NCBI GenBank assembly: GCA_002503595.1
Contig: DASC01000135.1
Coordinates: forward strand, 2,596-66,595
DNA: 64,000 nucleotides
Source: Candidatus Methanogaster sp. UBA203
Lineage (GTDB): Archaea > Halobacteriota > Methanosarcinia > Methanosarcinales > Methanogasteraceae
Reading direction: 5' to 3'
This document shows positions 19,169 through 27,926 of this stretch, piece after piece (position 1 is the first letter of the stretch; each line of letters opens with the position of its first letter). Under the pieces are notes generated by a model. The model made no database searches and was not told where the DNA came from. It saw only the letters and a list, made by a program, of their open reading frames with translations. The position numbers and the translations under genes were made by a program.

Positions 19169-19306
19169 ATGGATCAGGTTCTCGAAACATTGGAGGTGCT
19201 CATGGATGAAGCGACGTTGAAACGGTTAAAGCGGGGGGAAGAAGAACTAAAAGCAGGTAATTATGTAGATGCCGCGCCAGGAGAGATTGAAGAGATATTA
19301 AGGTGA
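19169..19306 (+). CDS. Small RelB-like antitoxin (45 aa from ATG 19169; the track ORF starts at GTG 19103 inside the repeat)
   Basis: MDQVLETLEVLMDEATLKRLKRGEEELKAGNYV. Its stop lies 2 nt before the RelE-like ATG at 19309. Confidence 0.45.
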   Translation: MDQVLETLEVLMDEATLKRLKRGEEELKAGNYVDAAPGEIEEILR

Positions 19307-19308
19307 GT

Positions 19309-19575
19309 ATGTATAGAGCGCGTTTTTTAAAAACTTTTTTGAGGCAAGAGAAGAAGCTTAATGCAAATACGAAAGAGTGACTTATAAAAGCCGTTAAGGA
19401 AATTTTAAACGATCCCTATTCAGGAATTAATCTAAAAGGGGATTTAAGAGAATATTGGAAGAAAAGAGTTGGAAAGTATCGAATAATATATAAGATAGGT
19501 GAATCAGAAAAGATAGTGATTTTCTTTGACGTGAATTTGAGAAAGAAAGTCTACAATAGGTTAAAAAGGAGATGA
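19309..19575 (+). pseudogene. RelE/ParE-family toxin with an in-frame TGA at codon 24 (19378-19380)
   Basis: MYRARFLKTFLRQEKKLNANTKE*LIKAVKEILNDPYSGINLKGDLREYWKKRVGKYRIIYKIGESEKIVIFFDV shows the RelE/ParE hallmark (W..RVG.YRIIY). It is absent from the ORF track because of the stop. Confidence 0.65.
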
Positions 19576-19595
19576 AACTTCTTTCTTGTGATATT

Positions 19596-19885
19596 TCTTC
19601 AAACCCACCCCTCCTCCCTCCACACCATCACCCCAACGCACACGCACACGCACCCAACCCCATTCGCAACTACCCACGCATATCCAACCCCAACGACCCC
19701 AAACATCGTCATGAACAGATACCCCAATCCAACCAATGACACAAAAATCACCCCGTTCAGAACCACAATCCCCTTAACATCCTTCTGCACCCACTTGATC
19801 GCAAAATAAACATAATTCACCCCGACAAATAAACTTGCAACCACCATCGCCCGCAGCACTTCCACCCCGCCAGCAGCATAATCCG
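19596..19885 (-). pseudogene. Diverged 3' fragment of a second Wzx-type flippase gene
   Basis: VLRAMVVASLFVGVNYVYFAIKWVQKDVKGIVVLNGVI..GVGYAWVV aligns with the C-terminus of the intact flippase (VLRVMVVASLFIGVNYVYFAIKRIQKDVRGIVVLSGVI..GVGYAWVV). Homology stops at a repeat-derived sequence, gcgcactctgcggt. Confidence 0.75.
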
Positions 19886-20072
19886 CGCCCCTTCGCGCAC
19901 TCTGCGGTTATATTCTGTGTTTGGTTACAGTAATGCCTGCCCTTCGGGCATGGCATCGATAGAATCGAATCCTTCTGGGATTCTATTATGCCTCATGTCC
20001 TGGATAGTTCCTGCATAGTGAAGTCCCACGATAGTGGTTTAGGTACCTGAGTAGTTACAAAAAAGCTTAACA

Positions 20073-20144
20073 AGCCTCGGGCGGGAATTGAACCCGCGAC
20101 CTCGTCCTTACCAAGGACGCGCTATACCGCTAAGCCACCGAGGC
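20073..20144 (-). tRNA. tRNA-Thr (anticodon GGU)
   Basis: Hand-folded cloverleaf: acceptor GCCTCGG/CCGAGGC, anticodon stem CGTCC/GGACG with loop TTGGTAA, T-arm GCGGG-TTCAATT-CCCGC, discriminator T. No encoded CCA. Confidence 0.85.
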
Positions 20145-20428
20145 GCAGGTCTCTGATTGCTGCGGATTGATTATGAACATTTCGGTTCGCAGGGGGTGAT
20201 TTTTTGTTATCTTCTGAAATGGGTTTTGGAAAAACCACAGAGAGCACAGAGAAAACAACAACTCTCTGTGCCCTCCGTGTCCTCTGTGGTTAATCTTCTT
20301 TGCCATAATCCATACCCACCCAGAAGAAATTAAAAAGCCACCGCGGGGGCGGGGGTGAGCAGTTACGTGGATCCTGGGATACAGTCATGAGAAAACCATT
20401 AATACCCGCGCAGTAACCATCAGTACAG

Positions 20429-21298
20429 ATGACCCACCGTGTTGCGATCGTCTTTGACTCATCCGGTACGCTGATGCATACGTACAGGGTGGCAAAGGAT
20501 ATGGAGAGCGGAGGCACGCTCTATGATACAGTCACCCTGCATCTCGTCCGCGAGTCCCAGGCGCTCGTTGCAATCGATATACCTCCGGATGCGCTCCCAA
20601 ACTATCCACCGGATCAGGTTCTGCCGCGTTTTCTTGCTGAGAACAAGATCGATATAAACATCGGCTGTGCAAGCGATGATATCACGACTGACGATGTCCG
20701 GAATATGTTAAAACGCGACTCGGGGGGTGCTCGCGTCTCTGATCTCCTGGACGTGGTATCAGCGGTGAGAGAGAAGTGTAAAGACGTCTTTTATAGCGGA
20801 ACCGGATTCGTGATCGACGTGCCCACAGGAGCGATTCATTACGTGGTCTGTTCAGGCGGAAAACTCTTCGATGGTGCAGAAGCAACGATTGCAAAACTTG
20901 CAAATTGCGCAGATCTGTACATCGCATCCGGAGACAGTATGCGAAATCTATCAGTGCTCGCAGGTCGCCTGAAGATTCCGCATGATCATGTGGTCCCGGT
21001 TGCAACCCCGCACATCAAGGAACGTCTCATCACGGACCTCCAGAAAACTTATGACGCAGTCGTCATGGTCGGCGACGAGATTAACGACCTTCGCGCGATC
21101 AGGGCAGCAGATGTGGGCGTGCTGACGATGCAGCAGTGTTCTGATAAATTGCAGAAATTATGCGATAGCGCGGATATACTCATACCGGATATCTCGTCTC
21201 TTCCGGATGTTATCAGGGAGATGGAGTTATCCGAGTCCCTGACAGAATGTCTCACCAGCCGCGCGTCTGCAACGTCTCCACGTCAGAAAGCGTCCTGA
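20429..21298 (+). CDS. HAD-superfamily hydrolase of the soluble P-type-ATPase-like type
   Basis: Motif I is FDSSGTL (compare DKTGT) and the hinge motif is [18 protein letters not shown] (GDGxND-like). The 3' end overlaps convergent pdxS by 47 nt. Confidence 0.6.
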   Translation: MTHRVAIVFDSSGTLMHTYRVAKDMESGGTLYDTVTLHLVRESQALVAIDIPPDALPNYPPDQVLPRFLAENKIDINIGCASDDITTDDVRNMLKRDSGGARVSDLLDVVSAVREKCKDVFYSGTGFVIDVPTGAIHYVVCSGGKLFDGAEATIAKLANCADLYIASGDSMRNLSVLAGRLKIPHDHVVPVATPHIKERLITDLQKTYDAVVMVGDEINDLRAIRAADVGVLTMQQCSDKLQKLCDSADILIPDISSLPDVIREMELSESLTECLTSRASATSPRQKAS

Positions 21299-22145
21299 TA
21301 TCGATCCCTTTCATCTGGCCTCCGAGACCTTTCGAGATCTCGGCGAGAACATCGGGCTTATCATAGTTATTGACAGATTCTACGATCGCGTTTGCCATCT
21401 TTTCCGGATTCTCTGCCGTAAAAATCCCTGAACCGACAAATACTCCATCCACACCGAGATACATCATCAGTGCCGCATCGGCAGGAGTTGCGACGCCACC
21501 TGCTGCAAAGTTAACCACTGGCAGCCGCTGGAGCTTCGCGGTCTCCTCGACCAGTTCGAATGGTGCCTCGATCTCCCTTGCCACTCTTGCAAGTTCCTCC
21601 TTGTTCTTGCCCTTAAGGGACCGGATGCTTCCGCCGATCAGTTTCGTATGCCTGACTGCTTCCCGCACATCGCCGGTGCCTGCTTCTCCTTTCGTCCTGA
21701 TCATCGCGGCACCCTCTGCTATGCGCCGCAGCGCCTCGCCGAGATTGCGTGCGCCGCACACGAACGGAACCGTGAATTCAGTCTTATCGATATGGAATTC
21801 ATCAGCAGGCGTCAGCACCTCTGACTCATCGAGCATATCAGCACCGATCGCCTCGAGGATCCGTGCTTCCATGGTGTGCCCGATCCTCGCTTTTGCCATC
21901 ACAGGAATCGTTACCGAGTCGATGATCTCGCAGACGATCTGCGGGTCAGCCATCCTCGCAACACCGCCCTGCTTCCTGATCTCGGATGGAACCGCGTGGA
22001 GCGCCATCACAGCAACCGCACCAGCCCCCTCTGCAAGGACCGCCTGCGCAGGCGTTGTCACGTCCATGATCACGCCGCCCTTCTGCATGGCAGCGAATCC
22101 CCGCTTCAACAGTTCGGTACCGTGCCTGAGTTCATTCAAATCCAT
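21252..22145 (-). CDS. pdxS: Pyridoxal 5'-phosphate synthase lyase subunit PdxS
   Basis: 297 aa. [38 protein letters not shown] and [12 protein letters not shown] are highly characteristic of PdxS. Confidence 0.92.
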   Translation of the reverse strand: MDLNELRHGTELLKRGFAAMQKGGVIMDVTTPAQAVLAEGAGAVAVMALHAVPSEIRKQGGVARMADPQIVCEIIDSVTIPVMAKARIGHTMEARILEAIGADMLDESEVLTPADEFHIDKTEFTVPFVCGARNLGEALRRIAEGAAMIRTKGEAGTGDVREAVRHTKLIGGSIRSLKGKNKEELARVAREIEAPFELVEETAKLQRLPVVNFAAGGVATPADAALMMYLGVDGVFVGSGIFTAENPEKMANAIVESVNNYDKPDVLAEISKGLGGQMKGIDIRTLSDVETLQTRGW

Positions 22146-22154
22146 TTATCCACC

Positions 22155-22397
22155 TCAAACCGTATAATTCATATAATTCTTGTCTCTGTTCGCAAATCGC
22201 CTGTCAACATTGTCGATGATAGCAAACAACCTCACCTCGAGTTCATCGAATGCCAGTTCATTGCTGTGGACACTGATCTCGATGTCACCGACCGATATCG
22301 TGATCCCGTTGTCCAGTTGCATGTCGGACGTGGTCTCACCTTCCAATTGCGTCTGCTCTTCTTCATCGCACAAGTTCATCACCGTTCTGATAGCCAT
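22155..22397 (-). CDS. Hypothetical small acidic protein
   Basis: 80-aa ORF immediately upstream of pdxS on the same strand. No recognisable motif. Confidence 0.25.
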   Translation of the reverse strand: MAIRTVMNLCDEEEQTQLEGETTSDMQLDNGITISVGDIEISVHSNELAFDELEVRLFAIIDNVDRRFANRDKNYMNYTV

Positions 22398-22469
22398 GCA
22401 TCGCTCGATCTATAGATCAGAGGTACATTAAACTTTCTGGTTGTCTGGTGCGCAGGCTCCGGAGAACTG

Positions 22470-23765
22470 TCAACTTGCTCCATCGGTATTCGGTTGATGC
22501 CCGAAAACCCATTTCCAAAGTGGTACAAATATAATAACTTTATCTTCTAATTTTTCAGTTGCTTCGTAATCTTCTGTTATGACAAAACCTCTTTTAACAT
22601 TATATTTCTCCATAAATTTTATCATCCCTTTGACATCTCGAATTCCAACCTTTGATGAGTATTTAGACTGGGTGGGAATCATTGATTCGTCTTTTAATGT
22701 TACGAAATCTACTTCTTTACCTGCATCTCTCCAGAAATGGTCTGCTTTTGTTATGAATTGTACCAGGTTCTCTACAAGTTTCCCCTGCGGCGGATTTGCA
22801 AGAGCAAGAGCAACAGAGGGGTGGATAAGGTAGTATTTTTTCAGTTTTCTGGAGGAGACCTTGAATGAACCCCTGAAATTTTTCAGATCTCTCGTAATAA
22901 AACAGGTTTTCATATAGTAAAGGTAGTTGCTGACGGTCTGCCTGCTTCTTCCCACTTCCCTCGATATCTCATCCAGATTGATCATCATTCCTGGGTTCGT
23001 TGCAATGATACGGATGAGTTTTTCTATAAGTTCCATATCCCTGACCTTGAATAGAGTGCTTAAATCCTTGAATATGGTCTTTTCTATAACGCTCTCTTTT
23101 ATGTATCTTTTTGCAATCTCATCGTCAACATCTACTATCTCCGGAAACGGTTTTAGAATATAATTGTTTAGTTCGGTCTTTATTTCGTGTTTCCATAAGC
23201 CAACATTTTCTTTAATTTTTTTAACGTCCCATCCTCTCATCTCCAAAAACTCCTCAAATGATAGGATATCTAAGTTAAAGTAAAATGTTCTGCCTGCGAG
23301 ACTCTCTTTTGCGTCAAGCAAGATGTTAAGGGATGCAGAACCCGAAATGAAGAATTTGATGCTCGGATACTGGTCATAATAAATCTTGATCTTGTTCTGC
23401 CAGTCATTCAGTTTTTGGATTTCGTCCAGAATTATGTAGACGGTTCCGGCAGTAATATCTTCTCTCGGTACGTTTTCACGGTAAAAGTCTATAATATCTC
23501 CTAAATCCTCTACGTTTTCATCAAACGAAAAATACAGGATCCTTTCCGGAGAAACACCTGCTTTGATCAACTTGTCCACGGTCTGGAGTAATATTGTGGT
23601 TTTGCCGGTTCTGCGCAATCCAATGATCGTTATTATCTGTCTCAGTTCTATGTATTTTTCTATTTCAGAGAATAGTTTTCTCCTGTACGGCGGTATAAGT
23701 TCCGGTCTTACCTGACCAAGCTTCCACCACGAGTTCATCTCATACAGTGTGTCCAAATTTGACAT
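22470..23765 (-). CDS. AAA-type ATPase of the archaeal COG1373 / DUF4143 family
   Basis: 431 aa. Walker A is GLRRTGKTT and Walker B is IILDEIQ. The C-terminal region resembles DUF4143. The gene is AT-rich. Confidence 0.7.
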   Translation of the reverse strand: MSNLDTLYEMNSWWKLGQVRPELIPPYRRKLFSEIEKYIELRQIITIIGLRRTGKTTILLQTVDKLIKAGVSPERILYFSFDENVEDLGDIIDFYRENVPREDITAGTVYIILDEIQKLNDWQNKIKIYYDQYPSIKFFISGSASLNILLDAKESLAGRTFYFNLDILSFEEFLEMRGWDVKKIKENVGLWKHEIKTELNNYILKPFPEIVDVDDEIAKRYIKESVIEKTIFKDLSTLFKVRDMELIEKLIRIIATNPGMMINLDEISREVGRSRQTVSNYLYYMKTCFITRDLKNFRGSFKVSSRKLKKYYLIHPSVALALANPPQGKLVENLVQFITKADHFWRDAGKEVDFVTLKDESMIPTQSKYSSKVGIRDVKGMIKFMEKYNVKRGFVITEDYEATEKLEDKVIIFVPLWKWVFGHQPNTDGAS

Positions 23766-24047
23766 ATTGGTAACTTATACTTAACGAATATTTAAGTTTT
23801 TCGTTATCTTGACTTAACGAACACTTATGAAATCGACGCTCAGATTTAAGTATCATGACGACTCCATTGCGAATGCATGAAACCCACGCGGTCCATAAGG
23901 CAGTCTTGCAATATCCCCATTGGTATGGTTACTGATGAACTTGATCTTAAGTGCAACGGTAAGATGAGTTGCAGGAAATCGCCATGTGTAGGCTCCGGAC
24001 TTAAGTGCGGGGTATAGTGACTGGGACTGAAAGGAGGTAATAAATAA

Positions 24048-25235
24048 ATGAGTATAAAAGTAGGCAACATAATGAGCATATTGCTCGTGGTGATGTGCGT
24101 TACAGGTTTATCTGTAGCAGCACCAACAACACTCGGACCAATTGGAACACAAGCAACGATAGCAGATTTTACAGAAGGTGGACACTTGGAGCCAGATTTC
24201 GGTGTTAACTTTATGGCAGAATGGTGGTACCTAGATGGAGCTGCAAGGTTGGTCGCATCTGATGGCGAAAAACGAGATATAGGGTTCTTTGTTATCATGT
24301 CACACCAGGAATCTCCTGTGTTTGATAGTCCGGATCCATCTTCCACGCAACTCTCTCATCTAATTACTTCCTATGGAATATATTTTGACGATGGCACAAC
24401 GATCTTCAATTATAATGAGACCTACGTTCCACAAGCCATTGTTGGTGATTACATAGCCCTATGGACACCTTATGTAAACTACACATACCCGGATCCTTAT
24501 GACTTGAAGAGATTTTATGGCTCAGCACGCCCGGGGTATAACTTAGATTACATATCCGATGATATAGTCATGGATCTGTTCTTCCAGACAAATAATGACA
24601 AGACAATAGATCAGGCGGATATACCTCTTAACTTCACCACATACGAACATTCGTATGGCACTCTCCACGGTTCGATAATTCTGGACGGCAAAAGATACGA
24701 TGTCACTCAAGCCGAAGGATACATGGATCACATGATTCCTATTGGCGATCGTCCATTGCCAATGTGTACATGGCCAATGTCTATGCATGGATGGACTTGG
24801 TTCGAAGTGACAACAAAGAAGTACCAAGCTGTTACTTATGCCGTCAGGAGTCTGGATGATGGTTACGAGAATTATTCGTATAAACACCTGACATTGCTGA
24901 ACAAGCATAATGGAAAGGTGCTTGCAGAGTACTCTGGTAATGATATAACGATCACAGAAACTGGTTGGATAAATGAGCCTGTGTACAACAGGAAAAGACC
25001 GTCTGTGACTGTATTCTCAGCCTCCGATCTGAATATCGCCATTAATGCCGAAAACGTGATCTATTTCAATCAATCCCATCCTGGTCCTACTAATCCTATT
25101 GGATTTGTCGATTTCATGGCTTTTCAACCCGACAGTGCAACGATCCAATACAAGGGTAATATTGAGGAAGGAAGCGCGTTCTATGAGTATTTAGTTTCGG
25201 ACATTGGAGCGCTGTTGTTTCCTCAAACGGTTTAA
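24048..25235 (+). CDS. Secreted protein with an AttH/CrtC-like (lipocalin-like) domain
   Basis: Signal peptide is MSILLVVMCVTGLSVAAP. The AEWWYLDG motif is typical of AttH/CrtC N-terminal domains. 395 aa. Confidence 0.45.
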   Translation: MSIKVGNIMSILLVVMCVTGLSVAAPTTLGPIGTQATIADFTEGGHLEPDFGVNFMAEWWYLDGAARLVASDGEKRDIGFFVIMSHQESPVFDSPDPSSTQLSHLITSYGIYFDDGTTIFNYNETYVPQAIVGDYIALWTPYVNYTYPDPYDLKRFYGSARPGYNLDYISDDIVMDLFFQTNNDKTIDQADIPLNFTTYEHSYGTLHGSIILDGKRYDVTQAEGYMDHMIPIGDRPLPMCTWPMSMHGWTWFEVTTKKYQAVTYAVRSLDDGYENYSYKHLTLLNKHNGKVLAEYSGNDITITETGWINEPVYNRKRPSVTVFSASDLNIAINAENVIYFNQSHPGPTNPIGFVDFMAFQPDSATIQYKGNIEEGSAFYEYLVSDIGALLFPQTV

Positions 25236-25344
25236 AATAAAGGAAGATGCAAAATATATATAAAAATTGGAAAAAGCTACAGTATTTGTAGCAACGTCTG
25301 CGGCAGCTATCGGCTTCGGATGAACGTGTGCCAACCCAACCACA

Positions 25345-26766
25345 ATGACACAGAATAACACCCCCCGAGTACTCATCGCTGCTGACCGGTCATCTGCAGG
25401 AAAGACCACGGTCTGCACCGGGATCATGGCTGCGCTTAGCAAGCATCTGGACGTGCAGCCGTTTAAGGTAGGTCTCGATTACATCGATCCGAGTTACCAC
25501 ACACTTGTATGCAAAAACAGGTGCAGGAACCTCGACGGCTACCTGATGACAGAGGACGCTGTGCTCGAGACGTTCTCACATGCGATGAATGATGGAAATG
25601 CAGATTTAGCCATCATCGAGGGAGTTCGGGGGCTATACGAAGGATTCGAGGGATTAAGCGATCTTGGAAGCACGGCTCAGGTCGCAAAGGCACTGAAATG
25701 TCCTGTGATCCTCTTAATTGATGCGAGGAGCATCACACGAAGCGCAGCCGCGGTGGTCATGGGCTACAGGGCGTTTGATCCTGCGGTTGATATCAGGGGC
25801 GTGATCCTCAACAAGATCGGAAGCAGAAGACACGCTGAAAAGGCGGTATCCGCTATCGAGCACTACACCGGCATCCCGGTCATCGGCACGGTTCCGAGAG
25901 ACGATGCCATGGGGCTTACGATGCGGCATCTGGGTCTGGTTCCTGTGAACGAGGGCAGGCAGTCCCCTGAATTTGATGGGCGCATCTCCAGGATAACAGA
26001 GATCGTTTCAGAGAACATCGACCTAACGCGGCTGACCGGTATCGCAGAGACTGCTGAACCGCTGGAGGTTGGAGAACCTTCAATCTTTGCGGGAGGTGGC
26101 ACCAGCGGCAGGGCGAAGGTCAGGATCGGTGTTGCGCTTGACGAGGCGTTTAATTTCTATTATGCGGATAACATTGATCTTCTGAGGTTGCATGGCGCAG
26201 ATATCGTCTATTTCAGTCCGCTCCATGACAGAGCACTCCCTGACGTGGACGGCATCTACATAGGCGGCGGCTATCCCGAACTCTTTGCAAGGGAACTCGA
26301 AGCGAACAAGCGCATCCGGCAGAGCATACGAAAGGCATCATCGGAGGGCATGCCAATATACGGCGAGTGCGGCGGGCTGATGTATCTTGCAGAGCAGATC
26401 GTCACGAAGAGCGGCATGCACGGGATGTCTGGCGAGACTTTTGAGATGGTCGGCGCAATCCCGGTCACGGTTGAGATGGGTGGCAAGGTTGTGAGTTACA
26501 ATATCGGCTCGTTCACGACGGATACGCCGATCGGGGGAGTCGGCGACTCATTCAGGGGGCATGAGTTCCATCATTCGTCGGTCACGGATATTGGCGACGC
26601 CGCCTTTGCGATCCGGCTTACGCGCGGGGTCGGGATCAAAGATGGCTGGGACGGGATCATGGTCGAGAACACGCTTGCAGGATATGCACATCTCCACGCA
26701 TGTTCGTACCTGCGGTTTGCTGAGGCGTTTGTCGATGCGTGCCTGTACGGGATGTGTCCCAGTTAA
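25345..26766 (+). CDS. a,c-diamide synthase (cobyrinate CbiA or Ni-sirohydrochlorin CfbB type)
   Basis: 473 aa. P-loop is DRSSAGKTT. The C-terminal glutamine amidotransferase carries GECGGLMYL. The sequence alone does not separate CbiA from CfbB. Confidence 0.85.
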   Translation: MTQNNTPRVLIAADRSSAGKTTVCTGIMAALSKHLDVQPFKVGLDYIDPSYHTLVCKNRCRNLDGYLMTEDAVLETFSHAMNDGNADLAIIEGVRGLYEGFEGLSDLGSTAQVAKALKCPVILLIDARSITRSAAAVVMGYRAFDPAVDIRGVILNKIGSRRHAEKAVSAIEHYTGIPVIGTVPRDDAMGLTMRHLGLVPVNEGRQSPEFDGRISRITEIVSENIDLTRLTGIAETAEPLEVGEPSIFAGGGTSGRAKVRIGVALDEAFNFYYADNIDLLRLHGADIVYFSPLHDRALPDVDGIYIGGGYPELFARELEANKRIRQSIRKASSEGMPIYGECGGLMYLAEQIVTKSGMHGMSGETFEMVGAIPVTVEMGGKVVSYNIGSFTTDTPIGGVGDSFRGHEFHHSSVTDIGDAAFAIRLTRGVGIKDGWDGIMVENTLAGYAHLHACSYLRFAEAFVDACLYGMCPS

Positions 26767-27134
26767 CATATAAGCAGTTTTATAATTAAACCGACCACCA
26801 CCGAATAAGTGACATTAACCATTGTCCCTGCAAGAAAGAATAAGGAATTTTTAGCCATATCGTCTCTGCGAACTATGGTTTTTGCAGCGAATATCACCGA
26901 CAGCGCTGTATATGCGTCCAGAATCACAAAGGTAAGTATCAACAGATTTTCACATTTCCCGATTATAAAACCAGTATCACGCGCTTCCTTGCCAATTTTT
27001 CGGCTTATGGGTTCTCCTGAGATCTTAGACAGGATGTAGTTCACTACGATCCCGCTTGTAGCAAGTAAAACGACATATCCGCCTACAAGGATGGCTGTTT
27101 CGGTTGGGTTTATGTGTTCGATCATCATCTGCAT
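26763..27134 (-). CDS. Small integral membrane protein (DUF3307-like), partner of the SatD-like gene
   Basis: 123 aa with 3-4 hydrophobic helices. It lies directly downstream of the SatD-like gene on the same strand. Confidence 0.45.
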   Translation of the reverse strand: MQMMIEHINPTETAILVGGYVVLLATSGIVVNYILSKISGEPISRKIGKEARDTGFIIGKCENLLILTFVILDAYTALSVIFAAKTIVRRDDMAKNSLFFLAGTMVNVTYSVVVGLIIKLLIC

Positions 27135-27148
27135 TCCATTCCCAATGT

Positions 27149-27838
27149 TTAACGGTAATTACGCAGCACAAGACTTAAATTTTCTTCAATCGTCTTGATC
27201 TCCTTCCACATCGAACGGTTAAGTATCTTCGAGACTGCTTGCTGGGTTATTCCCAAATTTTCTGCCACAACGGATTGGTTTTTAGTTCGTTCGTATTCCC
27301 TGACTACCTGATGCTGTCTTGCAGACCAATTTCGCTTCAGCAGCAAAATTAAATTGACCTGTCCGGCTACCCCCGTATCGATTGTCGTGTCGCCGACAGA
27401 CATGTCGAAGATCAATTTTGAGCTTTTGAGTCTATGCAACATGTCTGATGCTCTATGAAAGGCGGAGCCGTCCATCTTTGTTACGTTTCTGGTTTTTATG
27501 GCAGTATCAATGTAATCAAAGACCAGCGCGAAACGCATTGAATTTGGGTGAAGTTCTTCTGATATGGTGGCGATAATCCCATAAGCACTCGACATACTCG
27601 ATAACACGCCCCCTATTTCGTCGATCCCTTTTAAAATTTTGAAATCTGCGTATATATCCTCTGCGTACAGGGCATTTATTTTTTTACAAGTTTCCTCAAC
27701 TTTATTTTGAAAATCCTCCCGATCGCTTATCCGGCGGGAGTGGACAACATCGCCCAACAGCACGTAGAGCTTCTGTTTCATAGTTTGTGATATGTCAGCC
27801 ATCACATATAAAAACAACCTGCATTGGTTGTAATCCAT
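27149..27838 (-). CDS. SatD-family protein with a C-terminal helix-turn-helix
   Basis: 229 aa. YVLLGDVVHSRRISDRE..FKILKGIDEIGGVL is SatD-like. The C-terminal HTH is SVVAENLGITQQAVSKILNRS. Confidence 0.45.
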   Translation of the reverse strand: MDYNQCRLFLYVMADISQTMKQKLYVLLGDVVHSRRISDREDFQNKVEETCKKINALYAEDIYADFKILKGIDEIGGVLSSMSSAYGIIATISEELHPNSMRFALVFDYIDTAIKTRNVTKMDGSAFHRASDMLHRLKSSKLIFDMSVGDTTIDTGVAGQVNLILLLKRNWSARQHQVVREYERTKNQSVVAENLGITQQAVSKILNRSMWKEIKTIEENLSLVLRNYR

Positions 27839-27926
27839 TATACAACCGTATAAGTCGTAATCTATGATACAACCATATCAGTTGTATGTGCGTGCCTGTA
27901 ATGAACCTGAGCCAGATCCAGGGTGA

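Noticed and set aside
19378-19380. In-frame TGA in the RelE-like gene read as selenocysteine or programmed recoding
   Set aside because: No SECIS-like context is evident, RelE-family proteins are not selenoproteins, and the surrounding locus is full of decayed genes. Simple inactivation is more likely.
19866-20144. Integrated provirus or integrative element at tRNA-Thr
   Set aside because: No integrase, capsid or replication gene lies in the adjacent 10 kb, and I saw no direct repeat of the tRNA 3' end. Only IS relics and repeats are present.
21370-22167. 265-aa plus-strand ORF
   Set aside because: It is fully antisense to the highly conserved pdxS. It has low-complexity Ser/Ala/Pro-rich composition typical of antisense frames in GC-rich genes.
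23846-24346. 166-aa minus-strand ORF
   Set aside because: It overlaps the 5' end of the signal-peptide protein gene in antisense and spans the divergent promoter region. No motif was seen.
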